Source: a phage. From it: a stretch of DNA of 64,000 nt. The stretch lies in the NCBI GenBank assembly GCA_038314665.1, contig GCA_038314665.1_3677.1. The stretch is one strand, 5' to 3'. Below the pieces are notes generated by a model that made no database searches, was not told the origin of the DNA, and saw only the letters and a program-made list of their open reading frames with translations. A program made the position numbers and the translations under genes. Shown here piece after piece: positions 37,314-47,118 of this stretch. Position 1 is the first letter of the stretch, and each line of letters starts with the position of its first letter.

Positions 37314-37924
37314 TCTTCTTGGGCCTCTTTAGCATCAATATACTTGCACACAATCTCCGATGCACATTCCCAAGGTGCACCTTCAGGATTTACAACATCG
37401 AACTCAATCCCTTTTATTCCGTTCTTTTCCAGACTTAGATAGGTTCTGGAATCATTTCCCCAGTCATATCCGACACGGTGAATACGGAACAACAACAGAT
37501 CTCCACCTGTGCTGTATGCGTACTCACTAAGGCACGCCAGCTCCTCTTTAAATCCACCATCGGAGTAAACAACAACCCCTTTACCTTTAGGGAAATCTTT
37601 CTTCAATGATGTGACTGCGGCCTTACCGAAAGCATCTTCACCAAAGATAGGTTTAATCAGATTTTCACTACAATGGATCATCCACTCTCGCGGAGAAACA
37701 TGCTTGCCGTCTATCATTAAGAAAGGGCAAGGCTCTTCTTTGTAGTGGCGGTCATAAAGTGCATTCCAGAGTTGAGGAGTTACACCAGCTGCCTTAATTG
37801 CCACGCTGAAGAGCATCTCCTTAACCTCACGATGGTGTGAGTTAGGAATAGCTTCCAACAAGAGATCTGCAATGTGATCCTTACCACTGCTGGGTGGGGC
37901 GTTAAGAACAATAATATCCATCAA
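37307..37924 (-). CDS. deoxynucleoside monophosphate kinase (205 aa)
   Basis: IVLNAPPSSGKDHIADL resembles the T4 gp1 dNMP kinase N-terminus IFLSGVKRSGKDTTADF. Confidence 0.65.
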   Translation of the reverse strand: MMDIIVLNAPPSSGKDHIADLLLEAIPNSHHREVKEMLFSVAIKAAGVTPQLWNALYDRHYKEEPCPFLMIDGKHVSPREWMIHCSENLIKPIFGEDAFGKAAVTSLKKDFPKGKGVVVYSDGGFKEELACLSEYAYSTGGDLLLFRIHRVGYDWGNDSRTYLSLEKNGIKGIEFDVVNPEGAPWECASEIVCKYIDAKEAQEEC

Positions 37925-38124
37925 AAACCTCCGTGGTATTCTTCAACTGCATCAATAATACTTTTACACTTATCTACTAGCTCGTTAGCCACTACAGCAT
38001 CGTCTTCCCAAACAGCTTCCTCAATCTGATCAAGCAATGATCGCATCTTACCCATCATTTCTGGGATAAAGTTTTCTGAAAATCTGTCTGGAATTGTTAA
38101 CTTTAGTGTCATTGCGGTCTCCAA
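37921..38124 (-). CDS. hypothetical protein (67 aa)
   Basis: coupled ORF. Confidence 0.4.
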   Translation of the reverse strand: METAMTLKLTIPDRFSENFIPEMMGKMRSLLDQIEEAVWEDDAVVANELVDKCKSIIDAVEEYHGGF

Positions 38125-38139
38125 TCATACTATGCGTTA

Positions 38140-38598
38140 TTAGAAGTTTGTTTTTACACGTCCCTTTTCATCAACTTCGTTGTTAGCTAAAAGCGTTACA
38201 AAGTCTGTGAAACGGACATGAAGAACTCTTTTCTTATCAAGGTATCCTAAAGCCACCCCTGAAAAATTTAGCATCAAGGGGGCTAAAGAAGCTCTAGCAC
38301 TGAAATGCTGTTGTTCTACTCTTCCAACACCCTTAGTGTAGGATGGGTTAAGATTGTAAGTTCTGAATCCCAGTTTTGTTGGAGCTTTAGAATTAAAAAC
38401 AACTTTATAGCGTTTCTTACTCAACTTATGCTCCAGGATAAGAATTCCCTTATCACCTTTGATAAGTTGAAAATCTGTAAAGTGCTCTTTTAAGACGAAA
38501 GGTAGTGCCAGTCCCATAGCCTGGCCTCTTTGTACCGCTGTCTCACCAAAAGCTTTTGCATCAGTAAGTTCTTTGGTCAAGTCTATGCTTTTGATCAT
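38140..38598 (-). CDS. hypothetical protein (152 aa)
   Basis: ORF; no domain recognised. Confidence 0.5.
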   Translation of the reverse strand: MIKSIDLTKELTDAKAFGETAVQRGQAMGLALPFVLKEHFTDFQLIKGDKGILILEHKLSKKRYKVVFNSKAPTKLGFRTYNLNPSYTKGVGRVEQQHFSARASLAPLMLNFSGVALGYLDKKRVLHVRFTDFVTLLANNEVDEKGRVKTNF

Positions 38599-39409
38599 AC
38601 CGGGTCTCCAAAATGTATTGTAGTTCTTTCTTGCCTATACTCTTCATTCCAGCAGTCTTACCTGCTTCTTCTTGAAAAGAAGAATAGCATTCAGCAAACA
38701 CTCTGTCAACACCGTCAACTAAAGATTTTATGAAATATGTAGATTCTTCAGATTTTGGATCATCATCGCCCAATACTTTTCCAGCGTTATACCCAACACG
38801 TCTTACACAGAAGTCGTAGTCATCCGGTGTGCTAAAAGAAAATAACTTATTCTCTCCAATCTCTACAGGATCCCTATTGCACGCCTTTTTCTCCCAAATT
38901 TGGAAAACACATGGCACGTCATAAGGTTTGCCATTAAGTAAAAACGAGTTCTTAGGGCACCTTTCGCTGTGGACAAGGTGCATAGACATGTCCAGTTTGT
39001 TTGCAAAAAATATTTTTTCAAATGTCCGTGGCAAGATGAAGGCTATAGCCCCGCCAAGCTCTAGCAACGATGCACAATGGTTAAAGAATTTGCAAGCTAA
39101 AGATGAATTCTTACCAAATGGTGGGTTACCTATGAAGACATCTGCCTTGGGATGAACCTCCAAGAAGTTTGCCTGAATGCATGGTATTGGTCCTTCAAAT
39201 TCAGGATCTGGTACTAGATCGTACGACAGTATCTCTGAAAATAGTTTTGAAAAAGAACCCCTTCCAGCAGAAGGCTCAACGTATGCACAATTCCCATACT
39301 TGTCTTTTACTCTACCAACAAGATATTCTGCATACTCAGGGTTTGTGTAGTATTTGTCGTTAGACTCTTTCTTGCTCAAAGTGCCTCCAAAAGGAAAAGG
39401 GAGGCGCAA
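38561..39409 (-). CDS. DNA N6-adenine methyltransferase, gamma-class-like (282 aa)
   Basis: motif I EPSAGRGSF and motif IV IGNPPFG; N-terminal YYTNPEY. Confidence 0.65.
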   Translation of the reverse strand: MRLPFPFGGTLSKKESNDKYYTNPEYAEYLVGRVKDKYGNCAYVEPSAGRGSFSKLFSEILSYDLVPDPEFEGPIPCIQANFLEVHPKADVFIGNPPFGKNSSLACKFFNHCASLLELGGAIAFILPRTFEKIFFANKLDMSMHLVHSERCPKNSFLLNGKPYDVPCVFQIWEKKACNRDPVEIGENKLFSFSTPDDYDFCVRRVGYNAGKVLGDDDPKSEESTYFIKSLVDGVDRVFAECYSSFQEEAGKTAGMKSIGKKELQYILETRYDQKHRLDQRTY

Positions 39410-39424
39410 GCCTCCCTCTCCTTG

Positions 39425-40408
39425 TTAGATTATCTGAATCAGGGTGTTTTTCATCTCTTCTCTGGTACGGATGTTGTTACGATCACGAACAACAGATCCA
39501 CAACCTTCACAGCGGTATGTTTTAAATGCACTCAGCTGAGTATATGCCAAAGCTTCTTCCTCGTGAAGGTGTTCTCCACCACAGCGTGGGCAACGAACCT
39601 TTGGCTCCTCGTCCTGGTAGTACAATGACATGTTTGGGTGCTGCTTAGCAAACGGGCGAGCCAGCAAATACAGTCCTTCCAGAGACAGGATATCACCAAC
39701 ATTATACTCCCGCATCTGTTTAAATGCCTCAATATCACCATGGACACACTTGATCCACATTTCAAATGTGTGATCAATCAGTTTCTGTCGGGCCAGTTGG
39801 AAGTATTTGCATGCATACTCCAAAGTGTTTGCATTCAAACGGAATGCCTTTTTGATCATTTTAAGGGTGTCAACCTCTTTGTAGGGGCTTGTTGGAGGCA
39901 ACCCGTGAAATGCAAATCGTTGGTTGGCCCACCCGCAGTCAAAACCTGAATTGTGGGCTACTGCGACATCGCATTTATCCAGATAATACCACAAATCCTG
40001 AATCAATTCGAGATCATTGTGAATATCCTCATCCCACATTTTGTAATCGGGAAGAGCGCAGTCAACCACACTAGGGCTGTCTAACCACTTACCTGCGAAA
40101 GTCAGCATATAAGGCATAACTTCAATACCACAGGTTTGAATGTTGGTCTTATAGTGCCCAAAAAACCAGCCGTTTGTTGGGGATGTCTCTGTATCATACA
40201 CCCAAACTTTAGCGCCTTTGTGCTCTTCAAGGAAGCGCTCCGTTGCTTCTCCTACAATCTCTGACATATTCTCTTGTGCACGTTTAAGCTGTAGTCGGAT
40301 CCAGCTCTCACGTGACTCACGGCCTAAAAATTCACGAGCAATTTGTCTATTAGTGTATCCCTGTTGCTTTAGTGTTAAAATTTGCTCAAGAGTTAACTTT
40401 GTCATCAT
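39425..40408 (-). CDS. DEDD-type 3'-5' exonuclease with N-terminal HTH and C-terminal zinc ribbon (327 aa)
   Basis: Exo I VYDTET, Exo II AHNSGFD; CPRCGG...CEGCG. Confidence 0.55.
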   Translation of the reverse strand: MMTKLTLEQILTLKQQGYTNRQIAREFLGRESRESWIRLQLKRAQENMSEIVGEATERFLEEHKGAKVWVYDTETSPTNGWFFGHYKTNIQTCGIEVMPYMLTFAGKWLDSPSVVDCALPDYKMWDEDIHNDLELIQDLWYYLDKCDVAVAHNSGFDCGWANQRFAFHGLPPTSPYKEVDTLKMIKKAFRLNANTLEYACKYFQLARQKLIDHTFEMWIKCVHGDIEAFKQMREYNVGDILSLEGLYLLARPFAKQHPNMSLYYQDEEPKVRCPRCGGEHLHEEEALAYTQLSAFKTYRCEGCGSVVRDRNNIRTREEMKNTLIQII

Positions 40409-40420
40409 CGTTAAGATTCC

Positions 40421-40642
40421 TTAGTAAAACTGAAGAATGTCTTTTAAAGCGAAGTCACGATATTCGCCCTTGTCTACATCGAAGGCACGCATCAACCACT
40501 GCTCTTCTTTATGATACTCTGTAGAGCCAAACCATAAATTAGGCTCAGTAACGCAGCGATCTGCAACAACACCTTTCCAGTTACGGTATTTCATCCTGAT
40601 CAGGACTGAGTCGCAAGGATTGAATACCTTTTTCATCCCCAT
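40421..40642 (-). CDS. hypothetical protein (73 aa)
   Basis: ORF only. Confidence 0.45.
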   Translation of the reverse strand: MGMKKVFNPCDSVLIRMKYRNWKGVVADRCVTEPNLWFGSTEYHKEEQWLMRAFDVDKGEYRDFALKDILQFY

Positions 40643-41060
40643 AGAAATCTCTCTCCTCAGTTTTCTTTATAAACTCCTGCATGTAGAACTCAATAGCCTC
40701 ATGCTTGGTGCACTCCGGATTAATGACAAGATTGAGATCTGATTCTGCTCGTGCAATAATCGTAGCTTTAGAGCATCTCCTCAAGAACTTTGTCATATCA
40801 TCTCTGTAGTTTTTGTGGAGCGGGAAGTCGCTGTAGTCTTTCTCCAAATAGTCAGCCATCCGGCGCAACGCCTCTGATAAACTGCAATCTGTATACTCGT
40901 TACAGTATTTCATCCAGTATTTAAGCACATACCCCTCAAAGGTATTAGTGCACTGAGACAAAACACCCCTGCAACGACCAGTCAGATGATCATGATCTAA
41001 ACAAGGCTTACGAAGTGGCTCGCACAAGATCGGATCAAGACCATCCTGCTCATCTGACAA
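40581..41060 (-). CDS. endonuclease VII-like recombination junction resolvase (159 aa)
   Basis: LDHDHLTGRCRGVLSQCTNTFEG resembles T4 gp49 HLDHDHELNGPKAGKVRGLLCNLCNAAEG. Confidence 0.65.
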   Translation of the reverse strand: MSDEQDGLDPILCEPLRKPCLDHDHLTGRCRGVLSQCTNTFEGYVLKYWMKYCNEYTDCSLSEALRRMADYLEKDYSDFPLHKNYRDDMTKFLRRCSKATIIARAESDLNLVINPECTKHEAIEFYMQEFIKKTEERDFYGDEKGIQSLRLSPDQDEIP

Positions 41061-41137
41061 TTCTTTTCGAAAGTTGGCTATGTCCTTAGAATCTTTTAAC
41101 CACCCGTTATGAACTGGGGCTTTGACAGCTTTCTTTC

Positions 41138-41767
41138 TTATTTTACGCTTTGCGATAATCCCTCCAGATGAGCCCTACCTATCCAATAAGCATCTGCGAG
41201 ATCGGCCTTACCTTGTACCAAATTGATCCCGTCTAGGAACCCAGGTTCAGATACTTCGCAGGCCTTAACCATCAACTTTTTATCCATTGTAACAGGTTTC
41301 TTCACAGTATGCTCTTTACCTGTCTTTTTGTCAAGCTTTTTCTTCTCCTCAAAAGCAAGTTCTTCAGGAAGATGACTACGAGCAAACTTTTTGGCAGTTG
41401 TTGGTGTCACTGTGTGGACCTTAAACAGGCCGTCATTTGCACAATCAGCTAAGGCATCCCAAAGCATAATTTCAAGACCGTAAAACAACCCGGCCAGTTC
41501 ACGTGTGGCATCCCCGCGTGATCCAAAGGAAAGCCCTTCCATAACCACGGTGTCAACTCCGTGCGTGTGGATATAATATCTGACCTGTTTGCAGATCCAG
41601 TCAATACGCTCAGCAGCTGTTGCAAAAGAAACCGTCCCTGGTTTCTTTTCTTTTGCAGATGAGCTTTGAGTTCGTAACACAACCTTATGAACAGGCTTTC
41701 CATCGTCCCATACAACGCAGGCTGTGTGGGTAAGAGACTGATCTATAGACAGCAGTCTTTCTCTCAT
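41138..41767 (-). CDS. RuvC-like Holliday junction resolvase-fold nuclease (209 aa)
   Basis: LLSIDQSLTHTACVV and LADAYWI resemble RuvC catalytic regions. Confidence 0.5.
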   Translation of the reverse strand: MRERLLSIDQSLTHTACVVWDDGKPVHKVVLRTQSSSAKEKKPGTVSFATAAERIDWICKQVRYYIHTHGVDTVVMEGLSFGSRGDATRELAGLFYGLEIMLWDALADCANDGLFKVHTVTPTTAKKFARSHLPEELAFEEKKKLDKKTGKEHTVKKPVTMDKKLMVKACEVSEPGFLDGINLVQGKADLADAYWIGRAHLEGLSQSVK

Positions 41768-42090
41768 ACTGTTTCCTCTTCATCTGGGGAATAAGCTTTG
41801 TCTTTGAACAGCACAAGAGAGCAAAGCTTAACGTCTGTTTCCACGCTGGTAAACATGCATAGCCGCTCGCCCTCAATCAGCTCACAATCCTCTTTTAACA
41901 CAGCAGACCATACACGATCATCTGCGTAATCATCAGTATACAAGATGTATGCAATAGTGTCATCTTCATACAACCGCCACATACCTGTGGCAACAATAAA
42001 TGTATTTTTTGTTTTAAGGGCTCCTGTTGTATGATCATCCTCAAAAACAGCTTCCATAATTGCACTATCTACAGAATTTTTAGTCATCAA
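41764..42090 (-). CDS. hypothetical acidic protein (108 aa)
   Basis: coupled ORF. Confidence 0.5.
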   Translation of the reverse strand: MMTKNSVDSAIMEAVFEDDHTTGALKTKNTFIVATGMWRLYEDDTIAYILYTDDYADDRVWSAVLKEDCELIEGERLCMFTSVETDVKLCSLVLFKDKAYSPDEEETV

Positions 42091-43226
42091 ATTGCTCCAA
42101 CATTTCTAAGAACGTTAACAAGTTTTGTTTGATCATTGAATGTTCTCTTCATATACAAACAGTCAAAAATTATACTCATCCATTGACCTACGGAAATTCT
42201 ACGATCAATACCATTGAAATCAGTATACTTAACAACACCTTTCGGGAACCACTTCTTGTACTGATCAATAATAGCCACCCACATCTCCTTTGGAGTGCTG
42301 CACTGAGACAGTAGGTAGAATGCTGAGGCATCCCCGAACTTACCCTTACCGATAAGTCCTTGATACGGCTTGATATTGTCAGCAGAGTCACCACACAGCA
42401 TTTGGTATCCAAAGAACAGCATTCCGTAACCACCAACCTCTCCATTAGGCTTCATGAAGATGTTCCCCATACCGTTATCGATCAGCATAGGGGTTTCCCT
42501 TACAAAATCTCCCTTATCGTTTCGCATGGGATCGAACACAAGCCCCGGTAGTGTTCTTTGGTCCTTATCAATAGAGATAATAAACTTGTTGAACTTACCT
42601 GTTTTTTGGTAGTGGTTCCAACCTTCAAATTGCTGGATAGCTAACCAGTCGTCAGCCTCGATACCATTGATCACTTGAGCATTATACTGCTTTTGGAGAT
42701 ACTGTCTTGCATCTTCAAGCAGCAGTGGTCGAAGAGTATTGTTACGGTTAGCTTTGTATCTTTCCGGCATTGGAAGATCCAGTCTGAAGTTACCTGTGCC
42801 TCCCAACACCCCGACACATCGCTCTTCCGGAATACCAAGATAGTTAAGAACTGCATTTGCCTTACATTTTATTGTGTGCAAGCAGTTCTCTACAGGGTCA
42901 GGTGTTTGGATATCCAAGACATCAAAATCTTCACGTGTCCACGGAATAAACTCCTTACCAGACTTTTTACATGCGGCTTCACGGTTGGTATTCTCAGCTT
43001 TTAACCAACCACCAACGGTGTTCTTCTGCCTCCCCCAGAACTCTGTTCGTGTTTTAAACATCTTCTTACGTCCGGAGGCTTTGTGTGTTACCTCAATTGT
43101 CCTTTTTTCACAACTTGCCGCAGCTTGATATGCAACCTGGTCGAAGTCATAATAAACTATAGCGTCAGGTTCGAGAAGATCAGCAAGACAATCTACAGAT
43201 TCAATAAGTGGATATTCTCTACTCAA
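42087..43226 (-). CDS. 5'-3' exonuclease / flap endonuclease (379 aa)
   Basis: IEADDWLA and CGDSADNI resemble FEN/T4 RNase H-type motifs. Confidence 0.65.
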   Translation of the reverse strand: MSREYPLIESVDCLADLLEPDAIVYYDFDQVAYQAAASCEKRTIEVTHKASGRKKMFKTRTEFWGRQKNTVGGWLKAENTNREAACKKSGKEFIPWTREDFDVLDIQTPDPVENCLHTIKCKANAVLNYLGIPEERCVGVLGGTGNFRLDLPMPERYKANRNNTLRPLLLEDARQYLQKQYNAQVINGIEADDWLAIQQFEGWNHYQKTGKFNKFIISIDKDQRTLPGLVFDPMRNDKGDFVRETPMLIDNGMGNIFMKPNGEVGGYGMLFFGYQMLCGDSADNIKPYQGLIGKGKFGDASAFYLLSQCSTPKEMWVAIIDQYKKWFPKGVVKYTDFNGIDRRISVGQWMSIIFDCLYMKRTFNDQTKLVNVLRNVGAI

Positions 43227-43527
43227 AGCCCCTCCTGTTAGTTATTCTGCAAGATGGTTGGATGCTGTAATGAAATGCATCATCACTCTCTGCAATAAGT
43301 GACTCAACATCCCAATACTTTTCAAAAAGGAACGGATTAGACCCCCAGTGGTGGGTTATTTTCATCAAGGAGTCTGGTATCATATAACCACAGATCTTAA
43401 TTACATCGCCCGGTTGAATTGTGTTTTCATGAAGGTTTTTTGCCTTCTTCAGAATCATACCTTTGTGATTCTCATTTGCATACAACTGGACAATATCTTT
43501 ATCTTCAACAATAAAAATTTTAAGCAT
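43219..43527 (-). CDS. hypothetical protein (102 aa)
   Basis: coupled ORF. Confidence 0.5.
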   Translation of the reverse strand: MLKIFIVEDKDIVQLYANENHKGMILKKAKNLHENTIQPGDVIKICGYMIPDSLMKITHHWGSNPFLFEKYWDVESLIAESDDAFHYSIQPSCRITNRRGFE

Positions 43528-43586
43528 ACCTAGTTCTCCTAGTTAATAAATAGTTAACTGATAATATCAGATCAGAGACTCATTTG

Positions 43587-43880
43587 TCAAGACTTTTTAG
43601 TCTTTCTTGGAGAGCTTTTTGTTGATCTTTTTCTTTTGTGGTAAATTCCAAGTGCAGCATTTTCTTGGGCACACGTTTTAACGGTTTTTAGATCAGAGCT
43701 TTCAGCTTTAGGTAGATTAAGCTCCCACCAACCCAACCAGTAAAGCTCTGATTCCGACAGCTGCTCAGATTCAGACTTCCGATACAAGGCTTGCATACCT
43801 CTGATGATATCGTCCAAAGGTGTATCGAATACAAAAGCTGTCTTATCAAATTTCTCTTTTACAGGTTTCTTAGCCATCAA
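43587..43880 (-). CDS. hypothetical protein with basic C-terminal tail (97 aa)
   Basis: ORF only. Confidence 0.45.
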   Translation of the reverse strand: MMAKKPVKEKFDKTAFVFDTPLDDIIRGMQALYRKSESEQLSESELYWLGWWELNLPKAESSDLKTVKTCAQENAALGIYHKRKRSTKSSPRKTKKS

Positions 43881-44334
43881 GGTAACCCTCTATCCACGAA
43901 AAGTCAGTCTTCCATTCTGGGACTTTACTAAGCTCACGCCACTCTGCAAAGCAGTCTCGGTAATACGCCTCTGCCATACCCTTGGTGATCTTATTCACCT
44001 TAGCCAACTGATTAACTGCCTGAGCATACTTTCCACGGATATTTGCTAACCCAGGATGCACCGATGTGTGACAATCTGGGCACAACGCTATCAGTCCGAC
44101 AAGCCGGATCACTCCCTCTTCGAAAGTGTAAAGTTCATGACACTCCACCGGATGTTTGCTGCCTTTACCTCCGCACACCTCACAAGTGTAGTTGGCTTCT
44201 CTGTAGCACTTCTTACGGATCTTATCCCACTCACTCTTCTTCACAGCGTTTCGTAGGTTATTATACCAAGCGGTTTCTGGGATCAGTTGCACAATAAGCC
44301 TGCGTTCAGACTTCATTAAACGTCCGTCTTCCAC
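43870..44334 (-). CDS. putative HNH-like zinc-finger nuclease (154 aa)
   Basis: CEVCGG...HPVECHE...LCPDCHTSVH. Confidence 0.4.
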   Translation of the reverse strand: MEDGRLMKSERRLIVQLIPETAWYNNLRNAVKKSEWDKIRKKCYREANYTCEVCGGKGSKHPVECHELYTFEEGVIRLVGLIALCPDCHTSVHPGLANIRGKYAQAVNQLAKVNKITKGMAEAYYRDCFAEWRELSKVPEWKTDFSWIEGYLDG

Positions 44335-44343
44335 GTATTCTCC

Positions 44344-44550
44344 TCATTCAAAGAAATGGGTGCGAGGACAAGATCCAGCCTCGCCTTGTTTCACAAGCTC
44401 GTAGAGCTCACCTTGACTTGTCTCATAAAGGCAAATACGTTTACCATTGTCCCGATATACATCGACAAGATACGCTGTCTCACCTGCAAACACGACACCA
44501 CAGGCCAGACATGCTGCCATGAACAAAATTGCCAACAGAAAATCTTTCAT
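44344..44550 (-). CDS. small membrane or lipoprotein-like protein next to the endolysin (68 aa)
   Basis: N-terminal hydrophobic LLAILFMAACLACGVVFAG. Confidence 0.45.
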   Translation of the reverse strand: MKDFLLAILFMAACLACGVVFAGETAYLVDVYRDNGKRICLYETSQGELYELVKQGEAGSCPRTHFFE

Positions 44551-44613
44551 GGTTAAACCCTCCTAAACGTTTTATGAGGCAACAATACCACGTCCATGTG
44601 GTTATGTCAATGA

Positions 44614-45084
44614 TCAATCAAGGACAACACCGCCTGCCTTTTTAAACACCTCGATCAACTTCTCGATCTTCTGTTCATGCTGACCATATCCAGCACCAGG
44701 TAACGAAGCCCAGCGGGAACGGCATTTATGGATAGCCTCGTGGATACGCCCTTCGTCAATGTCGGAGAGAGCCTTGCACTCACGGATCAGTTGCAACGCA
44801 ATCTTGTCCTGACTGGCAGGGCCAAAATCTGGCAATCCTAACTGTTCCATGTAGTGTTTAGCAAACTTCTCCAAAACCTGGTAACGCCCAGCAGCGGATG
44901 AGGTAAGTTTAGCATTTAGCTTAACGTACACACCTGGATGCTTGCTGTAATCGCTAAACAGCTTGCCACCAACTATGACATCATAGCCCCGATCCTTGGT
45001 GGGTTGTCTACCATTATCTGTACCTTCTGAATATGCGATCATATCCAAGAAAGCTTTTTGTTGAACATTTTTATCAAGTTTCAT
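44614..45084 (-). CDS. endolysin, lambda R-type lytic transglycosylase (156 aa)
   Basis: QQKAFLDMIAYSEGTDNGRQPTKDRGYDVIVGG closely matches lambda R NQRKAFLDMLAWSEGTDNGRQKTRNHGYDVIVGG. Confidence 0.9.
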   Translation of the reverse strand: MKLDKNVQQKAFLDMIAYSEGTDNGRQPTKDRGYDVIVGGKLFSDYSKHPGVYVKLNAKLTSSAAGRYQVLEKFAKHYMEQLGLPDFGPASQDKIALQLIRECKALSDIDEGRIHEAIHKCRSRWASLPGAGYGQHEQKIEKLIEVFKKAGGVVLD

Positions 45085-45208
45085 TTTTCATACTCTCCAG
45101 TTTACTCATAACTAACCAGATCAACAACACTACGCAGTGTGGTTATGTAGGTGCCAATTGAAAAACCATCATTCGATTGGCTACCGTTACCTACTAAACC
45201 TTCCTACA

Positions 45209-46492
45209 TCATTCCAGAACCTCCCAAGTGTCTGGGTTAACATTTCGGACGCAGATACCGACAGGGAATTGGTAGTTGTTGTCTTCTGTCCTTGATTGAT
45301 ATTTGAAGGTGACAAACTTGCCGATCATTTCCTGCATCCTGTCATAGCTACGCTCCTCGTGCGTGCCTTTCATCTTCATTTTAACAATAACACCTTCCTT
45401 GTCAACACAGATAAGAACACCTTCGTCATTCTTATCTTTCTCAACGTCAATAACTTTCACCTCTGCGTCGTTGAACTTTTTCCATTTCAATGCTTCAGAT
45501 GTTCGCTGACCGTACTCGTATTTACCGCAGAAATTACGCATGATAGTACCTTCATATCCTTCGGACATGAATATACCAACAGAGTCTTCGCAATGATCAA
45601 CTGTGTACGCAAGCTCTGCGTCAACAACCTTGATATGATCAAGCATCAGAGTGGTAACGGTATCCTCTGCATCCATAAGATCCTTGCAGCGTCCAGACTC
45701 TGTTTCTGGATCCCACCACACCTTGTCGCTAGGAATATCAAAAATGTGATACTCCAGATCGTAGCTACAGTACCCACCGTAACGCAAATCATCACGAACA
45801 GGCTCAACATCGACAGGAATATCTACCTTGTTGAAGTTTTTATATGTTGATAAGCCTGCCTTAATTGCGGCATGACGGCGTTTTTTATCTGCCTCATAGT
45901 CTTTATCGATCTCGGCCTGAATCTCTTCTTGTGTGCGCCACCGTTTAGCAAGAGATACTATTTTCTGCAAAGGAAGACCATGAATGTATAGTTCCCCATC
46001 AAGTTGTTTAATCCCAGTGGTAGAATGGAAAGAACGAAGTTGCTCTAAAAGCTTTCCTTGAATAGGGTAGGACTTATTACCACGGGAAATAAATTTAGGC
46101 TCACCATTTTGGAAAACAACAAGCAGACGAAGGCCATCTAACTTACGCAAGATCCAGCAAGGTAATTTAAGTGCCTTGCCACGCTTCAGGTAGTCATGCA
46201 CCAGCATGGGTAAAAGGTCAACACCCTGCTCGCAATCTTCCATGTTTTCAACATACCCCAGACGGACTTGTTTTTCCCACTTACTGATCGCTTCCAGCTC
46301 GGCCTGTTGCTCAGCTGTAGTTTCATTGGCACGACCAACGTTCTTAGGTGTGCAGATCGTCTCTTTGTATTGCAGTTTACCATCAAGCTTGCCAAACTCT
46401 ACGATAACCTTATCACCATCCGTGAATACTTTCCACTGTTGGTAGCTGCCATCTTTATTCAGTGCGTACAGTGTTGTTTTGATCTGATGCAT
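45209..46492 (-). CDS. ATP-dependent DNA ligase (427 aa)
   Basis: nucleotidyltransferase motif I KLDGLR. Confidence 0.65.
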   Translation of the reverse strand: MHQIKTTLYALNKDGSYQQWKVFTDGDKVIVEFGKLDGKLQYKETICTPKNVGRANETTAEQQAELEAISKWEKQVRLGYVENMEDCEQGVDLLPMLVHDYLKRGKALKLPCWILRKLDGLRLLVVFQNGEPKFISRGNKSYPIQGKLLEQLRSFHSTTGIKQLDGELYIHGLPLQKIVSLAKRWRTQEEIQAEIDKDYEADKKRRHAAIKAGLSTYKNFNKVDIPVDVEPVRDDLRYGGYCSYDLEYHIFDIPSDKVWWDPETESGRCKDLMDAEDTVTTLMLDHIKVVDAELAYTVDHCEDSVGIFMSEGYEGTIMRNFCGKYEYGQRTSEALKWKKFNDAEVKVIDVEKDKNDEGVLICVDKEGVIVKMKMKGTHEERSYDRMQEMIGKFVTFKYQSRTEDNNYQFPVGICVRNVNPDTWEVLE

Positions 46493-46761
46493 TACTCGGC
46501 CTCTTCCTTAAAAATTTTAAACATCTCTTCTTTACTCATTACCAACCAGTCTCCCATAAAGTCAACTAGCCAATCTCCCTGGTACAAGACAAGGTTACCA
46601 AAAGGCTCGACAAGCTCACACATGCGACGAAGATCTCTGGTCCGAACAGGTGACGATGTAAACACACCTGTATCAATCCACCGTTGCAGATCAGATACTG
46701 ATGAAGAGCTTCCGTCAAACTGGTGGGCTTCTACAGGTTTAGCAAGATTAAATAACGGCAT
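46492..46761 (-). CDS. hypothetical protein (89 aa)
   Basis: coupled ORF. Confidence 0.45.
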   Translation of the reverse strand: MPLFNLAKPVEAHQFDGSSSSVSDLQRWIDTGVFTSSPVRTRDLRRMCELVEPFGNLVLYQGDWLVDFMGDWLVMSKEEMFKIFKEEAE

Positions 46762-47056
46762 TGCAGTCCTCCTTCTGTAGTAGGTCTTTTATAGGATAAA
46801 CAAGTAAGTGTGGATCGGAATAACGTATAGTCCTATTCTGCCACACTATGAACTTTATTACAACCAAATTTACAATATCTTTATCACCATGTAGCCCAAC
46901 ACACACATTTGTCCATATTTTGTGGTTGAAGATCTTGCTATCGATGTAGATTTTAGTGTCAAACTTATCTTCCATTCTACCAATAAGTTTGATCAGCTCC
47001 TTCATCTGGTCGCCAAACACAGCATCTTTTTCAAGATCTCTGGAATGCTTGTACAT
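46748..47056 (-). CDS. hypothetical protein (102 aa)
   Basis: ORF only. Confidence 0.45.
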   Translation of the reverse strand: MYKHSRDLEKDAVFGDQMKELIKLIGRMEDKFDTKIYIDSKIFNHKIWTNVCVGLHGDKDIVNLVVIKFIVWQNRTIRYSDPHLLVYPIKDLLQKEDCNAVI

Positions 47057-47118
47057 AACTAACTACCTCACTGCATACTTTCCATAATAAGTAAAGCCGG
47101 GTAATCCCGGCTATGTTG

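Noticed and set aside
45296-45850. 184-aa plus-strand ORF
   Set aside because: Antisense to the DNA ligase gene; no RBS; the opposite strand has a clear homolog
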